Positions 1-12,865 of a stretch of DNA of 64,000 bases are shown in pieces. Below the pieces are notes generated by a model. The model was not told the origin of the DNA. It did not search any database and worked only from the letters and a program-made list of their open reading frames with translations. The DNA is from an uncultured Actinomycetota bacterium (GTDB lineage: Bacteria > Actinomycetota > Actinomycetes > CAVPEL01). Made by a program: the position numbers and the translations under genes. Numbering within the stretch: position 1 is the stretch's first letter; each line of letters starts with the position of its first letter. The stretch is from positions 956,541 to 1,020,540 of the forward strand of contig CAVPEL010000006.1 of the NCBI GenBank assembly GCA_963703505.1, read 5' to 3'.

Positions 1-87
1 ATCGCCCACACGTTCTCGGTCTATCCGTCGCTGTCGGGCAGCATCACCGAGGCGGGTCGCCAGCTGATGGAGCTGTCGCCCAGCTAA
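1..87 (+). CDS. 3' end of a flavoprotein disulfide-reductase-like gene (partial, only 28 codons visible)
   Basis: In frame from base 1: IAHTFSVYPSLSGSITEAGRQLMELSPS, TAA at 85-87. It resembles the C-terminal dimerisation end of pyridine-nucleotide-disulfide oxidoreductases. Confidence 0.35.
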   Translation: MAHTFSVYPSLSGSITEAGRQLMELSPS

Positions 88-161
88 GTGCGCCCGGGTG
101 GCTTGGTGACCAAGGAAAGCGGGCATCGACCGAGGTCGGGATAGCGACCGAGGGAGAGGCG

Positions 162-1154
162 ATGCGACGGCGAGCGGCTGGCGAGCACGTGGCGGGCGAT
201 GACAAGGCTCGCCGGGTGCGAAAGACACCCACAGAGCTGGACGGACGCGCTTGGCGAGCAGTCCTCAAGCGGACCGTCCGCGAGTTCAGGGAAGACAACA
301 TCACAGACTGGGCCGCGGCGCTCACCTACTACGGCCTCCTCGCCATCTTCCCCGCCATCCTCGCGCTGGTGTCAGTGCTGGGGCTAATCGGCAAGTCGGC
401 GATCCAGCCTTTGATCAAGAACCTGAGCGACGTGGCACCGGGGCCGGCCAAGGACATCATCGTCACCGCCTTGCAGAACCTCCAGAAGCACACCGGCGCT
501 GCCGGCGTAGCGTTCGTCGTCGGGCTCGCCGTCGCCTTGTGGTCGGCATCGGGCTACGTCGGGGCGTTCATGCGCGCCTCGAACGCGATCTACGACGTCC
601 AGGAAGGGCGCCCCATCTGGAAGAAGACCCCCGTGCGGCTCGGCGTGACGTTCGTGCTCGTCGTCCTGCTGGCCATCAGCGCAGTCGCCGTGGTGGTGAC
701 CGGCGGCCTGGCCAAGCGCGCCGGCGATCTGTTGGGTGTCGGCAGCACCGCGGTGACGGTGTGGGACATCGCGAAGTGGCCGGTGCTGCTCCTGCTGGTG
801 AGCGTGATGCTGGCAATTCTGTACTACGCCGCACCCAACGTCCGGCAGCCCGGCTTCCGTTGGATCACGCCAGGCGGGGTCCTCGCGGTCGTCCTCTGGT
901 TGATTGCCTCCGGCGCGTTCGCCGTCTACGTCGCGAACTTCGCCTCGTACAACAAGACCTACGGCACCCTCGGCGGACTCATCGCCTTCTTGGTCTGGCT
1001 GTGGATCTCGAACATCGCGGTGCTCCTCGGCGCGGAGTTCAACGCCGAGCTAGCTCGAGGCCGTCAGATCGAGGCCGGCCATCCGGCGGACGAGGAGCCG
1101 TTCCTGGAGCCCCGCGACACTCGCAAGATGAGCGGGAAACCGCCGCTCGACTGA
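162..1154 (+). CDS. YihY/BrkB (virulence factor BrkB / RNase BN-like) family membrane protein
   Basis: 330-aa ORF. N-terminal motif WRAVLKRTVREFREDNITDWAAALTYYGLLAIFPAILALVS followed by multiple hydrophobic helices, typical of the YihY family. Confidence 0.85.
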   Translation: MRRRAAGEHVAGDDKARRVRKTPTELDGRAWRAVLKRTVREFREDNITDWAAALTYYGLLAIFPAILALVSVLGLIGKSAIQPLIKNLSDVAPGPAKDIIVTALQNLQKHTGAAGVAFVVGLAVALWSASGYVGAFMRASNAIYDVQEGRPIWKKTPVRLGVTFVLVVLLAISAVAVVVTGGLAKRAGDLLGVGSTAVTVWDIAKWPVLLLLVSVMLAILYYAAPNVRQPGFRWITPGGVLAVVLWLIASGAFAVYVANFASYNKTYGTLGGLIAFLVWLWISNIAVLLGAEFNAELARGRQIEAGHPADEEPFLEPRDTRKMSGKPPLD

Positions 1155-1194
1155 GGGCCGTCGAGCCAGGTGCCGCCCACCACGCGATCATGGA

Positions 1195-1231
1195 CGTTTC
1201 AACGTCATCCGCGACGGATGACGTTGAAACG
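1195..1231. terminator. Bidirectional hairpin between convergent genes
   Basis: Perfect 16-bp stem cgtttcaacgtcatcc / ggatgacgttgaaacg with a 5-nt loop, lying between the stop of the YihY gene (1154) and the stop of accA (1254). Confidence 0.6.
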
Positions 1232-1253
1232 CAACATCTCGCGGCAGCGACCC

Positions 1254-3002
1254 TCAGTCCTTGAGCTCGGCCAGCACGGTCCCGGCGGTGACGGTCTGCC
1301 CCACCTCGGCGGCGAGCGCGGTCACCGTCCCGGCCTTGTGGGCGGTGATCGGCTGCTCCATCTTCATGGCTTCCAGCACCACGATCAGGTCGCCCGCCGC
1401 GACCCGCTGGCCGTCCTCGACGGCCACCTTGACGATCGTGCCCTGCATCGGGCTGGTGAGGGCGTCCCCGCTCGCTGCGGCGGAGGCCTTCTTCTTCGGC
1501 GTGCGCCGGGCGGCGCGGCTGCCGGCAGCGCCCGTGCTGCCAGCCCCGGCGCCGAGCCCGGCCGGTAGCACGACCTCCAGCCGCTTGCCACCGACCTCCA
1601 CGGTCACCCGTTCGCGCGAGGATGCGTCAACCTCAGCCGGCGCGCCAGTGTAGGCCTCGATCGTGTTGACGAACTCCGTCTCGATCCACCGGGTGTGCAC
1701 GGTGAACGGGTCCGCGGTGAAGGCCGGGTCGCTCACGACTGCCCGGTGAAACGGCAGCGCCGTGGCCATACCGTCGACCTCGAACTCCGCCAGCGCCCGG
1801 CGGGACCGCTCCAGAGCTTGCTCGCGGGTCGCGCCGGTCACGATGAGCTTGGCGAGCAGCGAGTCGAACGCCTGGCCGATGACGGAGCCCTGCTCGACGC
1901 CGGAGTCCAGTCGGACGCCCGGGCCGGACGGCGGCCGCCAGGTGCTGACGGCGCCCGGTGCGGGCAGGAAGCCGCGGCCAGCGTCCTCGCCGTTGATCCG
2001 GAACTCGAAGCTGTGCCCGCGTGGCGACGGGTCGTCGTAGCCGAGCTCCTCGCCGTCGGCGATCCGGAACATCTCGCGGACCAGGTCGATGCCGGAGACC
2101 TCCTCGGTCACCGGATGCTCGACCTGCAGGCGGGTGTTGACCTCCAGGAAGGAGATGGTGCCGTCCTGTCCGACGAGGAACTCCACGGTGCCCGCGCCGA
2201 TGTAGCCCGCCTCACGCAGGATCGCCTTGCTCGACGAGTAGAGCGTGGCGATCTGCTGCTCGGACAGGAACGGTGCCGGCGCTTCCTCGACGAGCTTTTG
2301 GTGCCGGCGCTGCAGGGAGCAGTCACGGGTCGAGACGACCACGACCTTGCCGTGGGCGTCGGCCAGGCACTGCGTCTCTACGTGCCGGGGCCGGTCCAGG
2401 TAGCGCTCGACGAAGCACTCGCCGCGACCGAAAGCGGTGACGGCCTCGCGGACCGCCGAGTCGAACAGCTCAGGGATCTCCTCGAGCGTCCGGGCCACCT
2501 TCAGTCCGCGCCCGCCACCGCCGTAGGCGGCCTTGATGGCGATCGGCAGACCGTGCTCGGTGGCAAAGGCGACGACCTCGTCGGCGCCGCCGACCGGGTC
2601 GGCCGTGCCGGCGACCAGCGGCGCGCCGACCTTGGCGGCGATGTGCCGGGCCTGAACCTTGTCACCGAGCGACCGGATGGCGGCAGGCGGCGGCCCGATC
2701 CAGATCAGGCCGGCGTCCATGACTGCCTGGGCGAAGTCGGCGTTCTCCGAGAGAAACCCGTAGCCGGGGTGCACGGCATCCGCGCCGCACCGGGCGGCGA
2801 CGTCGAGGAGCTTCGTGGCGTCGAGGTAGCTGTCGGCCGGTGTCTGGCCGCCGAGGGCGTACGCCTCGTCCGCGGCGCGCACGTGCAGCGCGTCCAGGTC
2901 GGGCTCGGCGTACACGGCGACGCTGGCGATCCCAGCGTCCCGGCACGCTCGTGCGACCCGGACGGCGATCTCGCCCCGGTTGGCGATGAGCACTTTGCGC
3001 AC
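1254..3002 (-). CDS. accA: Acetyl/propionyl-CoA carboxylase alpha subunit (biotin carboxylase + C-terminal biotinyl carrier domain)
   Basis: 582-aa intact ORF beginning [25 protein letters not shown] (biotin carboxylase N-terminus). ATP-grasp core is present. C-terminus has the biotinylation motif LEAMKMEQ. Confidence 0.95.
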   Translation of the reverse strand: MRKVLIANRGEIAVRVARACRDAGIASVAVYAEPDLDALHVRAADEAYALGGQTPADSYLDATKLLDVAARCGADAVHPGYGFLSENADFAQAVMDAGLIWIGPPPAAIRSLGDKVQARHIAAKVGAPLVAGTADPVGGADEVVAFATEHGLPIAIKAAYGGGGRGLKVARTLEEIPELFDSAVREAVTAFGRGECFVERYLDRPRHVETQCLADAHGKVVVVSTRDCSLQRRHQKLVEEAPAPFLSEQQIATLYSSSKAILREAGYIGAGTVEFLVGQDGTISFLEVNTRLQVEHPVTEEVSGIDLVREMFRIADGEELGYDDPSPRGHSFEFRINGEDAGRGFLPAPGAVSTWRPPSGPGVRLDSGVEQGSVIGQAFDSLLAKLIVTGATREQALERSRRALAEFEVDGMATALPFHRAVVSDPAFTADPFTVHTRWIETEFVNTIEAYTGAPAEVDASSRERVTVEVGGKRLEVVLPAGLGAGAGSTGAAGSRAARRTPKKKASAAASGDALTSPMQGTIVKVAVEDGQRVAAGDLIVVLEAMKMEQPITAHKAGTVTALAAEVGQTVTAGTVLAELKD

Positions 3003-3297
3003 CAGACAGGTCCCTTCTCGACTGCCCGGAGTCTAGGACCTGACCGTGTGACGGCCCGAGGCTGGGGAAGGGGTCTCCGAGGCGCCGAGCGGGCTGAGCT
3101 GGTGCGGTGTTCACGGTTTCGCTGTGGGGCCTGACCATCGTCGCCGTCATCTCCGTGCTGGCCCCGGTCGTCGTGCACTTCGCGTGCAGGCGGAATTCAG
3201 GGTTTCCCCGGTGTCCAGCGAGCGCCGCTTCCCGGCACAGTCCTTGAGGACTGGAGCGGCCGCTGGCGGCTCCTTGGGCTGAGAGGGCGACCCGCTG

Positions 3298-6200
3298 GTG
3301 CTGCACGCCGCATGGAAGCACGCGGTCATCCGCATCCTGGCGCTCGCCCTCCTGGTGACCGGCCTACCGGCAGGAGCGGTGGCCCACGCTGCCTCGCACA
3401 CGACCACCGCCACCGATCCGGCGGCGCTGGTCGACGGGACGATCGTGTACGGCGTTGCGGGGGAGACCGCCGCCGAGGAGGGGTCGATCTACGCCGAGCT
3501 GCCGGGACAGCCGCGGGTGGAGCTCGCCCGCGGGGCCCGGCCGATCGTCTCCGACGACGGGAAGTGGCTGGCGTTCAAGCGAGGCAACCCGGTGGACCTG
3601 AACGCAGCGGAGCTGTGGCTGCTCGACCTGGCCACTGGCCAGGAGTACGACGTCACCTCCTCGCTGGACCGGCCAATCTGGCGGGTGATTGGCTACTCGT
3701 TCTCCCGCGACGGCAAGCGGCTGCTGTTCGACTACAACAACGGGCTGTACACGTACGACCTCGTGGCGCCCGGCGGGGCACCCGAGTGGATCACTGCACA
3801 TGGGGACCTCAAGGCGCCGGCCGAGGCGCCGGATGGGGTCATCTGGTATTCCGGCGACGTCGGGTTGTTCACGGTGCCTGGCCATCAGCGGCAGCCCGAG
3901 ACCTACAACGACGCCGGATTCCCACGCCTCAGCTCCACCGGCCGGCTGGTGGCCTTTCAATCCATTCGCACACCCTCAGGCGACAACTTCGGTTGGGATC
4001 CGTGGGCCCGTGGCAACATCGCCATCTGGGATGCCGACGCCCCCGGTTATCCGGGTCGCGCGAAGACCACCGCTGTCACGAACTTGAGGGACAACGGCAA
4101 TGGCGTCGTGGGGCCCGTTCAGTGGGCTAGGGACGACTCCGCGGTGCTTGCCGCAGCCCACGTCGAGGGAGTGGGCGGGCTGTGGCAGTTCGCGATCGGC
4201 GCGGGCAGTGAGCTGCTCCCGCACCGGATGCCCATTGCAACCGATGCGGTGACTCTCGGCGGTCAGGTCGGCGGATTCACGCCGGGCCCGTTGCCGCAGG
4301 ACGACATGGCTGGCGAGTGGGAACCAGGCGACACCGTCCGCGTGCGGATCCTGGACAACGACCTGGGGGCGGGCTCGAGCACCAAGGGCGACTGGATTGT
4401 CACGGTCGAAGGCTCGGGGCTGGAGGGTGACCTGCAGGTCACGGGGATCGGCGCGGGCACCGAGGTCGTCTACACGATCAGTGCCGATGATGGGGGCGTC
4501 GTCGAGATTCCGTACCGGGTATGCGTCCAGGGTGGCTTTCCCGCGTGTGGCACGGCGACGGTCCGCATCGGCGTGCGCCACCCGAGCACCGCGCTGAAGC
4601 TGACGGTGATCGGGCCCACCGATGGCGAGGTAGCAACCCGCTCGCAGGTCGAGTACGACGTCGAGGTCACCAACCTCGGCGGCGAAGCCGAGCACGCGGG
4701 TCAGCGGGCCGTCGACGTGGAGTTCGTCCTCGAACTGCCCGTCGCCATCGGGTACGGCGGGGTGACCGGCGGCTCAGGTCAAGCCTTTGACGCGTGCACG
4801 GTACGCAAGCGAGACGTCAGCGACGGGCGCGGACTGCGGTTCAAGCGCGACCTGGTCTGCCGGGCGAAGTCGTTGCCGGTCGGCGGCACCATCGCAGCGA
4901 CAGTCACCTTGATAGCGCCCCCGGTCCCGATGACGGAGCCGATTTCTGGCTATGCCTCCGCGGCGAACGCCCATTCCAGCATCGACTGGCACAGCAGCCT
5001 GTCCGTCACGGGTGCGCGAGGATCGCCGCAGGTGGCAATCGTGTCGGACCTGAATCCGGCCGCTGAGGGCTCAGATGTCACCTTCACCGTCACCGTCGCC
5101 GGGTTGGGCGCCGACGCGAGCACCGGGGCGGCCGACGTCGTGCCGACCGGCCAGGTCGTGCTGTTCATCGACGGCGTCCTGAACGACGACGTTGGCGACG
5201 TGTCGCTCGCCGATGGGTCGGCGTCCATCTACTTCTATGCGGATCTGGCGCCCGGACCTCACGAGGTGACCGCGCGGTACCTCGGCGACGGCAGCTACCT
5301 CGTGGCCGACTCACCACCCCTGACGCAGGTGATCGGCAGCAGTGGGCCGGACCTGGCGGTCACCATGACTCACTCCGACCCGTTCACCGCGGGCCGGACC
5401 GGCACGTACACCGTGACCGTGGCGAACAACGGCACCGCCGACGCCGACGCCGGTGCCGTGCTGGACCTGTCGTTCCCGCCCGGGATCAGCCACCTCGGCC
5501 AGGCGATCAGCGGCGACTTCACCTGTGTGTGGAAGCCGATCTTTACCGGCAACCCCAGGCGAGCGCCACGAGTGCACGCTCGCCGGCGCGCACACCGCGT
5601 ACGAGGTCGGACGGACGTACACGCTGATCCTGACCGTCGCCATTGCACCGGACGCCGTCGCGGGTGTGGCCAGCGCCCGCATCTACGACGAGCACGACGT
5701 CGATCCGGACAACAACGACGCCTACGACCCGACGCGAGTCCGCCAGCCGGCAGGTGTGGGTGGCCTCGACCTCGTCTTCGGTGGACCCGCCTCGTTGCCA
5801 GCCGGGCAGAGCGCTCCGTTCGAAGGTCTCGTGGTCAACGATGGCGACACCGATGTCCCGGGGCCGATCACGACGACGCTGCTGGTCCCCGTCGCCAAGG
5901 GTGCGGGACGTTCCTTGGCTGCCGGGCAACCCATCGGGACTGGCTGGACGTGCGAGAAGTTCCGAGTTGGTGGACGCACCGCCGCCACCTGCGTGCACCC
6001 GAGTGGTGTGCCGGCGGGCGGCAGCCTGCCGCCGCTCGCCTTCCCGCTCAGCGCGCCGGCGACTGCCGTGCCGGCCGCCGCGGTGCTGTCCTACCAGGTG
6101 CGCGGCGCGGACGGGGCCACCGTCGCGCACCTGCCGACGTACTCGCTCAAGGTCGCTGCGCCCGCCAGCCCGCATCTCGCCATGCAGATCACCGGTTCGG

Positions 6201-9200
6201 GAGCGCTGAGCACGGCGGGTGACGCCTTCACGATTGCGGCGGTCAACGACGGCGCCGGCCCGACGACCGGCCCTACGCAGCTGTCGATGCCGATACCAGC
6301 CACCGTGAGTGTCACGGAGGTAGTGGCGACCGGTTGGACCTGCACCCACGGCGCCGACCTGCGGTGCGTCACCGACCAGCGGATTGCACCAGGTGAGGCC
6401 GGACCGCCGGTCATCGTCTTCCTCGCGGGCCGGCCCGCCCGTTCCGGTACTTCGGTGACGCTGACCGCCACCGCCACCGCCACCGCCGGTGACGAGCTTG
6501 GGACCGCGGCGAAGGTGGTGACGCTGCCCCGGGTGACCAAGGCGAGACTCGAGGTGCAGCGCACCGCGGCCCAGGCGCAGCCGGACGGGCAGGTCGCCTA
6601 CACCCTGGCCGTGCGCAACGTGGGTGAGGGCGCCGCCGGTTCGGAGCTCACGGTCGTCGAGATGTTGCCGCTCGGCTTCACCGCGATGATCGCGGGCGAC
6701 GGGGCTGGGTGGGCCTGCGCACAGCAGGGCGTGGCGCTCACCTGCACCCGGCCCGGCGACGCGCAGGTCCTCGCGGCGGGCACCCAGACGCCGCCGGTGT
6801 CCATCGTGCTGGCACCGCTCACTGGCTTCGTCGGGACGGTCATCATCGGAGGTCACGCGTCGGCGGACACCCCGGATGGTGAGACCGAGCACTCCTCGAC
6901 CGGGACCATCGGCCTGTCCCTGGTTGGCCCGCCGGCCCCCAGTGCGCGCATCGACGTGTCCGTCACTCCGGATCAGGCGCCGCTCCAGCGGCTCGGCACC
7001 ACCTCGGCCACCCTCCAGCTGGCCAACCGCGGCACCAAGGCAACGGACAGGCCCACGGTCGGTGTCTTCCTGCTGCCAGCGGGGGTGAGCTTCGCTCCGG
7101 GCACCTCCGGCACCAGCACCGGCCCGTACGCCATGCCGTCGAGCGGTACGGCCACCCCCCGACCGATCGGGCCGGCCAACCCGGCCGGGCTCAGCTGCAC
7201 CCGCGTCGACAGCCCGGCAGCACTCGTCTGCCTGACACCGCCGGGGCTCGCCGCCAACATGGGGTACCGCCACGAGGCGTCGGTGGTGATCGCCGCCACC
7301 GCCGCCTCCGAGGTTCCTTTCGTGACCGGCACCCTCGCGGTGAGCGCGGTCGGTCAAGCCGGTCTTGACCAGGCCGTCAACCGGCTGAAGGACCGGGGGC
7401 GCAGCGCTCTCGCCGATGTGGGCGAGGCGTTCGTGCGGGTCGGTGGGTTCACCCCCGACGCTGGACCCGCCCAGCGACTCGACGCGTTCACCCCGGGCGA
7501 GGGCGGGACTTTGGTGCCGACCCGGGTGGTGCTCGACGCTTCCGCCAGCAAGGGCGAGGGTCGGCATCTGACCTACGGCTGGACCCAGACCATGGGTCCA
7601 GCGGTGGGGTGGGAGAGCGCGGCTGCCGGGTCACAGCCCGGCGCCGGCAGCGCGCTGCCCGACTTCCCGGCAGCCACCACGTTCGCCCCGGCCGGCGGCG
7701 CCCCGCAGGCATGGGGCGAGAGGCCGGCATTCACCCTGCGCGCCAGCGGTTCGGACGTGGTCACGCTCGGCTTCCGGCTGTACGTCACCGATGGGGCTGC
7801 CGTGCGGACCGCCGACACCACGGTCACGCTGAGCCCGGGCGCGCCAGCCGCACCGCGGCCTCCGCAGGTGTGCATCCGCGACCTCAGCGCCGGTGGCGCC
7901 GTGGCAGACACCCCGTGCTGGGACCCGTCCGCACCGGCGCCGGCGCCCGGCACCCCGATGATCGTCGGCCCACTCACGCCGTACACCCACGACGCGGACG
8001 GCAACCCGGTGCAGTGGTCCTGGGCGGCGACCCGACCCGCCGAGGTGCCCGTCACGTTCACCCCTGACGTCGGCTCGCGCGACGGTGCCGACGTCCGCTT
8101 CAGCTGGCCCACCGGCGTCACCCAGCTCGCGCTGGTCGCAACGGTGACCAACGGGCGCCACGACGCCCGGGGTCGGCCGCTGGCCGGTCACGTCAGCGCG
8201 GTGGCCGGACCGGACGCGACCCCCCTAGGCGTTCGCGTGCTGCCGCTGGCGGGTCCGGCCGTGGCCGGTGCGCAGGTCACCGTGGTGGCCGAGGTCGAGA
8301 ACGGCACCTTCGGCAACGACGAGCTCGAGGTCCGCTGGACACAGCTGGCGGGGCCGAGTGTGGGTCTGGCCTCCGGTGGCCGGACCGGGCAGGAGCTCAC
8401 GTTCACGGGGCCGGCGCCCCGGTGGATCGGCGACACCGCCACCTTCGAGGTGACCGCCCGGCGGGGAGTCGGGTCGGCCGCCGCGGTCGCCACCGCGATC
8501 CTCACCGTGCCGCTCGCCGCGACGCCGACACCAGGTCTGGTTGTCGCCAATCTCGGGTCCCTGCAGGTCGCCCCAGGCGCCGAGCTGAAGCTGACCGCGA
8601 CCGGAACAGGCGTCGGGACCCTGTCGTACGCATGGAGGATCCTTTCCGGCGGCGGGTCGCTCGCTGACGCTCAGACGGCGACGCCGACCTACACGGCACC
8701 GGCCGGCGATGCGCTCGCCACCGTCTCGGTGACCGTCACCGACAGCGCCGGCACGACGGTGAGCCAGGCGGTTCCGGTGCGAGTGGGTGCCAAGCCGGCG
8801 GCCACCGACACCAGCGCCTCGGCCAACGCCTGCGACAGCCGGATGCCGCTCGGCACCGTGTTCTCCCTGCTCGGGCAGGGCCGCAAGCCGCAGCTGACGG
8901 TGGGCAACTTCACCATCGACCTCGGCCAGCTGCCCACCGCTGTCGGCCAGAGCTGCGAGGTGAACGTCGCGGTGGCGTTCACCGACGCCAGCGCGAGCCT
9001 CGGGCCGCTCACCCTGACCAACCTGGAAGGCTCGATCGACCGCTACGGCCTGACGCTGGTAGCGGGCGAGGTGTCGCTCCCGCAGGACTGGAAGCTCGCG
9101 CCGATCCAGGTCGGTGCCGAGCCGATCAAGGTCAGCTTCGGCAGCGGCGCCGCCCTCACCGGCTCGCTGCGCTGGCAGAACCAGCTGCCCTGGCTGTCGG

Positions 9201-12200
9201 TACCCGCTTCGGCGAGCAATGTGCTCACCACCATCACGCTCGGCACCGAGCAGCTCGTGGTGGACGCCAAGGCAGACGTCGCGGGGGGCAACGCTTCGGT
9301 GACGGCGACGGTGCCCCTGGCGGGGGCGTCGCTCACCGCGACCGTGATCCTCGACAAGCTGTCGGTGTTCAAGACCCAGGTGAACGGCGCCGGCACCATC
9401 ACCCGGGACTCCCGAGGTGTCACCTACGACGTGCGGGCCACCATCGGTCAGCGCGTACTCGGGCCCGGCATGACGCTGACCGGCGGTGAGCTGACCTGGA
9501 ACGGTGACGGGCTGCATTTCTCCGGTGACGCGATCGCCGCCAAGGATGCGCTCGGCGTGCACCTGGTGGGCGACTACGAGGACTCGGACAACTGGTCGGC
9601 CACCGCTACGGCGACGATGCGAACCGACCCGGTCTGGATGCCGGCGGGGCTGTCCATCGCGTCGGGCTCCCAGCTCGGCGGGTCGGTCTTTTCGGTCAAG
9701 GGCACGGTGAACGTCGACATCCAGCTTGGCCTCAGCGGTGAATGGGTGATCCCCGGTACGCGAACGACGATCACCGGGCTGACCGCACGCTTCGCCAACG
9801 CCGAGGCGCCGGGAAGCTGCCCGGCGGTGCCGAAGGGCGACCTTTGGCTGGCCGTCTCCGGTACGGCAGCGTTCGCCCTGCCCGGCGACGCCCGCACGAA
9901 GCCGCTTCGTCTCGCCGTCACCGGCTGCATAGCGCCGGGCACGGGAGAATTTGTCGTCACCTCCACGGGGAACTTCCAGCACTACCAGCCGCTTTCCGGT
10001 GTCGACCTGACCATCGAGAACGTCGCACTCACGGTGTCCAAGACGGGTGCCGGCATTTCGGCGGTGGTCGGCGGAAACCTGCGCGCGTACGGTGCGGCGA
10101 TGGGCGCGCGGTTGGTCATGCTGCCCGACGCGACCGGCTTCATGGTGATCGCCAACGCCGACCTCGCCGACCTCGGACTGCCGCTGCCCACGGGCCACCT
10201 CATCTACAGCACCAAACCCGTAGCCAACCTCGCGGCCATCCCCGGCCTGGCGAGCGGTACCGGCTCGCTGGGCGAGTCGCTGGGCACCTCGCTGGCCGGC
10301 CTGTCGGTACCCGAAGGATTCACCGGTCTGAGCAACTTCCGGCTGCCGGACAGTCTGTCGGTCTTCCTGGAGAACAAGCTGGGCCTGCCCAAGGGTTCGT
10401 CGCTGCTGGTTCGCGTCGACCTCGGGGACACCCCGAGCATCGTGGGGAAGCTGTCAGCCGGTCCGGGCGGGATCACGCTGTTCACCACCCAGGCGGGGAC
10501 CCAGTTGGCGTTGAACAGCCTGAACCTGCGGATCTCGATGAATGGCTCGTTCGGCATCGGCGGCGAGGCGACGCTCACCATGAAGCAGCCGGACGCCGGT
10601 GGCGCCGCGGTCGTGGCCTCCTGCGCTGACGGCAGCAGCACGAAGATGTGCGTCACCCTCGGTGCGGAGCTTTCGCTCAACCTGGCCGGCGCCACCCCGT
10701 CGGCGAGCATCGCGCTGTACAAGACCGGTGCGGTCTGGAACGACGCCTTCGGTATCGCCGGTCTTGGACTGGGCAACCTGGCCATCCAAGGCGGGGTGAG
10801 CTTCACCGCGCCGCCAACCCCGACCATCGGCTTCGGTGCCACCATCACGTCGCTGCCGGCCAGCTTCGCGGACGCCTTGAAGATCCAGCCGTTGGCAGGT
10901 GGCGGCTACGAGCCGATGACCTTCGTAGTCAACCTGTCGGCGAGCAACCCCATCTTCGACCTGACCCTGGGCGTGGCCGACGGGCACAACTTCCTGCAGC
11001 CCGGCCCGGGTCTGGGCATCGACGTGGCGTCCCTCGTCATCGCGCCGATGGGCGGGTCGGTCGGCCCGTTCACCTACTCACCCGGGCTGCACCTGCAGTT
11101 CGACGCGAACGTGCTCGGCACGTCGGTAGCCGTCCAGGCCGATGCAACGGTCTCCCCGCCGTCCCTGTCGGCGCACGCGGAGGTCGGCGCCATCGACATC
11201 GCCGGGGTGCTCGCGCTGCGGCAGACGGTCTTCGACCTCGACGTCGGTCCCACCGGCATGGAGATGGCCTTCTCCGGCGGGCTGGACATGCCCGGAGGCG
11301 CCAGTCTCGAGGCACAGGCCACGGTCACCGCCACCGCGACGTCGGGCCTGCACTTCGAGGTCGCCGCCGCGGGCACCAACATCGGCCTGGGCCCGGCGTT
11401 CCGGCTGGAGAGCCTCCGGCTGGAGGCGAGCGGCGGGATCGGGACGTTGGAGATGGTGCCGAGCCTGTCCTTGAAGGCGACCGCGACCGCAAACGTGCTC
11501 GGGACCCGGCCGGTGCTGACGGGCTCGGTGACGCTCGTGCCAGGGCTGGGCCTCGCCGCCGGTGAGCTCTACGCGGCCAGCACTCCGATCCCTGTCGGCG
11601 CCGCGACCATCGGGGGGAAGGGGTGCCGGCTGCGACCGGACCTCGGGACAACTGGGCCGTGCGTCGGCGTCGGCTTCAACCTGTTGTCGGCAACGCCGGT
11701 CACCGTGGACGTCAGCGGGTCCGTCGCGGTCTCGGGGCTGACCGCCGAGTTCGACGGCACGCTCGACGGCACAGGTCTGCGCCTGGCCGGGCAGCTCGCG
11801 CTCACGTCCGCCGCGTCGGTGCAGGTCAACGGCCGGCTCTACTTCGGCGAGAAGCTCGCTGGGGTCAAGGACTTCGGCGCACCGGTCGTCAGCGGGGTCC
11901 GCCCGCAGGTGCAGGTGAAGGCAGGCGACTTCCGGCTCACCTCGGCTGGTGCGCTCACGCTGCCGCTCGCCGGGTTCGGGGTGAATGCTGAGGTCGACGC
12001 GGGACATGTGGGCGGCCAGCAGTGGGTGCAGGCTGAGGGCCACGTCTCCTTGCTCGACTCCAGCATCCACGTCGCGGGCCAGTTCGCCCGTACCGCAGGC
12101 ACGTTCACCTGGCAGCTCGACGGGTTCGGTCAGCTGACCCTCGGCGGCTACCGGGTCGCCGATGCGAACGTGAAGCTGTCCAGCGACGGCTACGCAGCGG

Positions 12201-12865
12201 TGGCCGGGAGGCTCAACCTCGGCAAGGTGTCGTCCACCAGCTTCACCGGCACGGTGCGCACGACAACCGGCACGGTCGTCTACGCCTTCAGCGGGCGGAC
12301 CAACCTCGATGTGCTGGGTGTCACGCTGACCGCCACCGCGGAGATCGGGAACACCACCGGCCGCACGCAGGCCACCATCACCGCAGTCGGTACCGTCGCC
12401 CCCTTCGCGCGGTTCAATGCGAGCGCCGCGTTTGATACCAGGGGTGAGTTCTGCCTGCAGGCCGCGGCCACCGTCATCGGCTTGAACGGCACCGGCACCT
12501 TCTGCAACCCCGGCGGGCTGACCGCCACGTTCGGCTACCGGGGCTTCAACGTGTCCGGGTCGGCAAGCAGCTCGGGCTGGGCGTTGCAGAGCACGACGCT
12601 CGGGAACTTCCAGCGCTCCGGCAGCCTGTTCGTCTGCGACTGGTCGGTGACCGCGGCGTGGCAGTACGTGCTGAAGGTGAGCTCGGCGAACGGTGTGACC
12701 CTGGCCGGTACCGGCAACGGCACGGCCAGGTGCGGAGTCGCCTCGCTGAAAGCGGGTCTGGCCGTGGGCTACGACCCGTGGTGGGTGCAGGGCAACTTCG
12801 GGGTCGGGCCGGTGGACATCCTCGCGCGGGTTGATGACGGCGGGGTCAAGGTGACGGTCACATGA
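3298..12865 (+). pseudogene. Giant (~3,190 aa) secreted multidomain surface/adhesin-like protein, one frame break near 5553
   Basis: ORFs 3298..6222 and 5453..12865 join at the C-run 5553-5556 (...GDFTCVWKPIFTGNP | GERHECTLAGAHTAYEVGRTYTLILTVAI). Signal peptide MLHAAWKHAVIRILALALLVTGLPAGAVAHA. TolB-like beta-propeller segment, an Ig-like segment (TFTVTVAG...VVLFIDG...HEVTARYLGDGSY) and many DUF11/CARDB-like repeats (TYTVTVANNGTADA-type). PKD-like segments carry a (Y/R)(G/A)W...GP signature (LTYGWTQTMGPAV; also LEVRWTQLAGPSV, LSYAWRILSGGGS). The last ~1,350 aa are beta-rich and uncharacterised. Confidence 0.8.

Noticed and set aside
5541-5560. Possible programmed ribosomal frameshift joining the two halves of the giant surface gene.
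   Set aside because: There is no recognisable slippery heptamer and no downstream structure. The break sits at a C homopolymer, and similar single-base breaks occur in dozens of unrelated genes in the window. A consensus indel is much more likely.
5543-7567. Long antisense or alternative-frame ORFs: 5543..7567(-) 674 aa, 8225..10198(-) 657 aa, 11078..12922(-) 614 aa, 1695..3134(+) 479 aa, 46222..48312(+) 696 aa, 21183..23015(+) 610 aa and many others.
   Set aside because: Their translations are Arg/Gly/Pro/Ala-rich with no family motifs. They lie opposite ORFs with clear homology-type signatures. Stop-free shadow frames of this kind are expected at about 70% GC.
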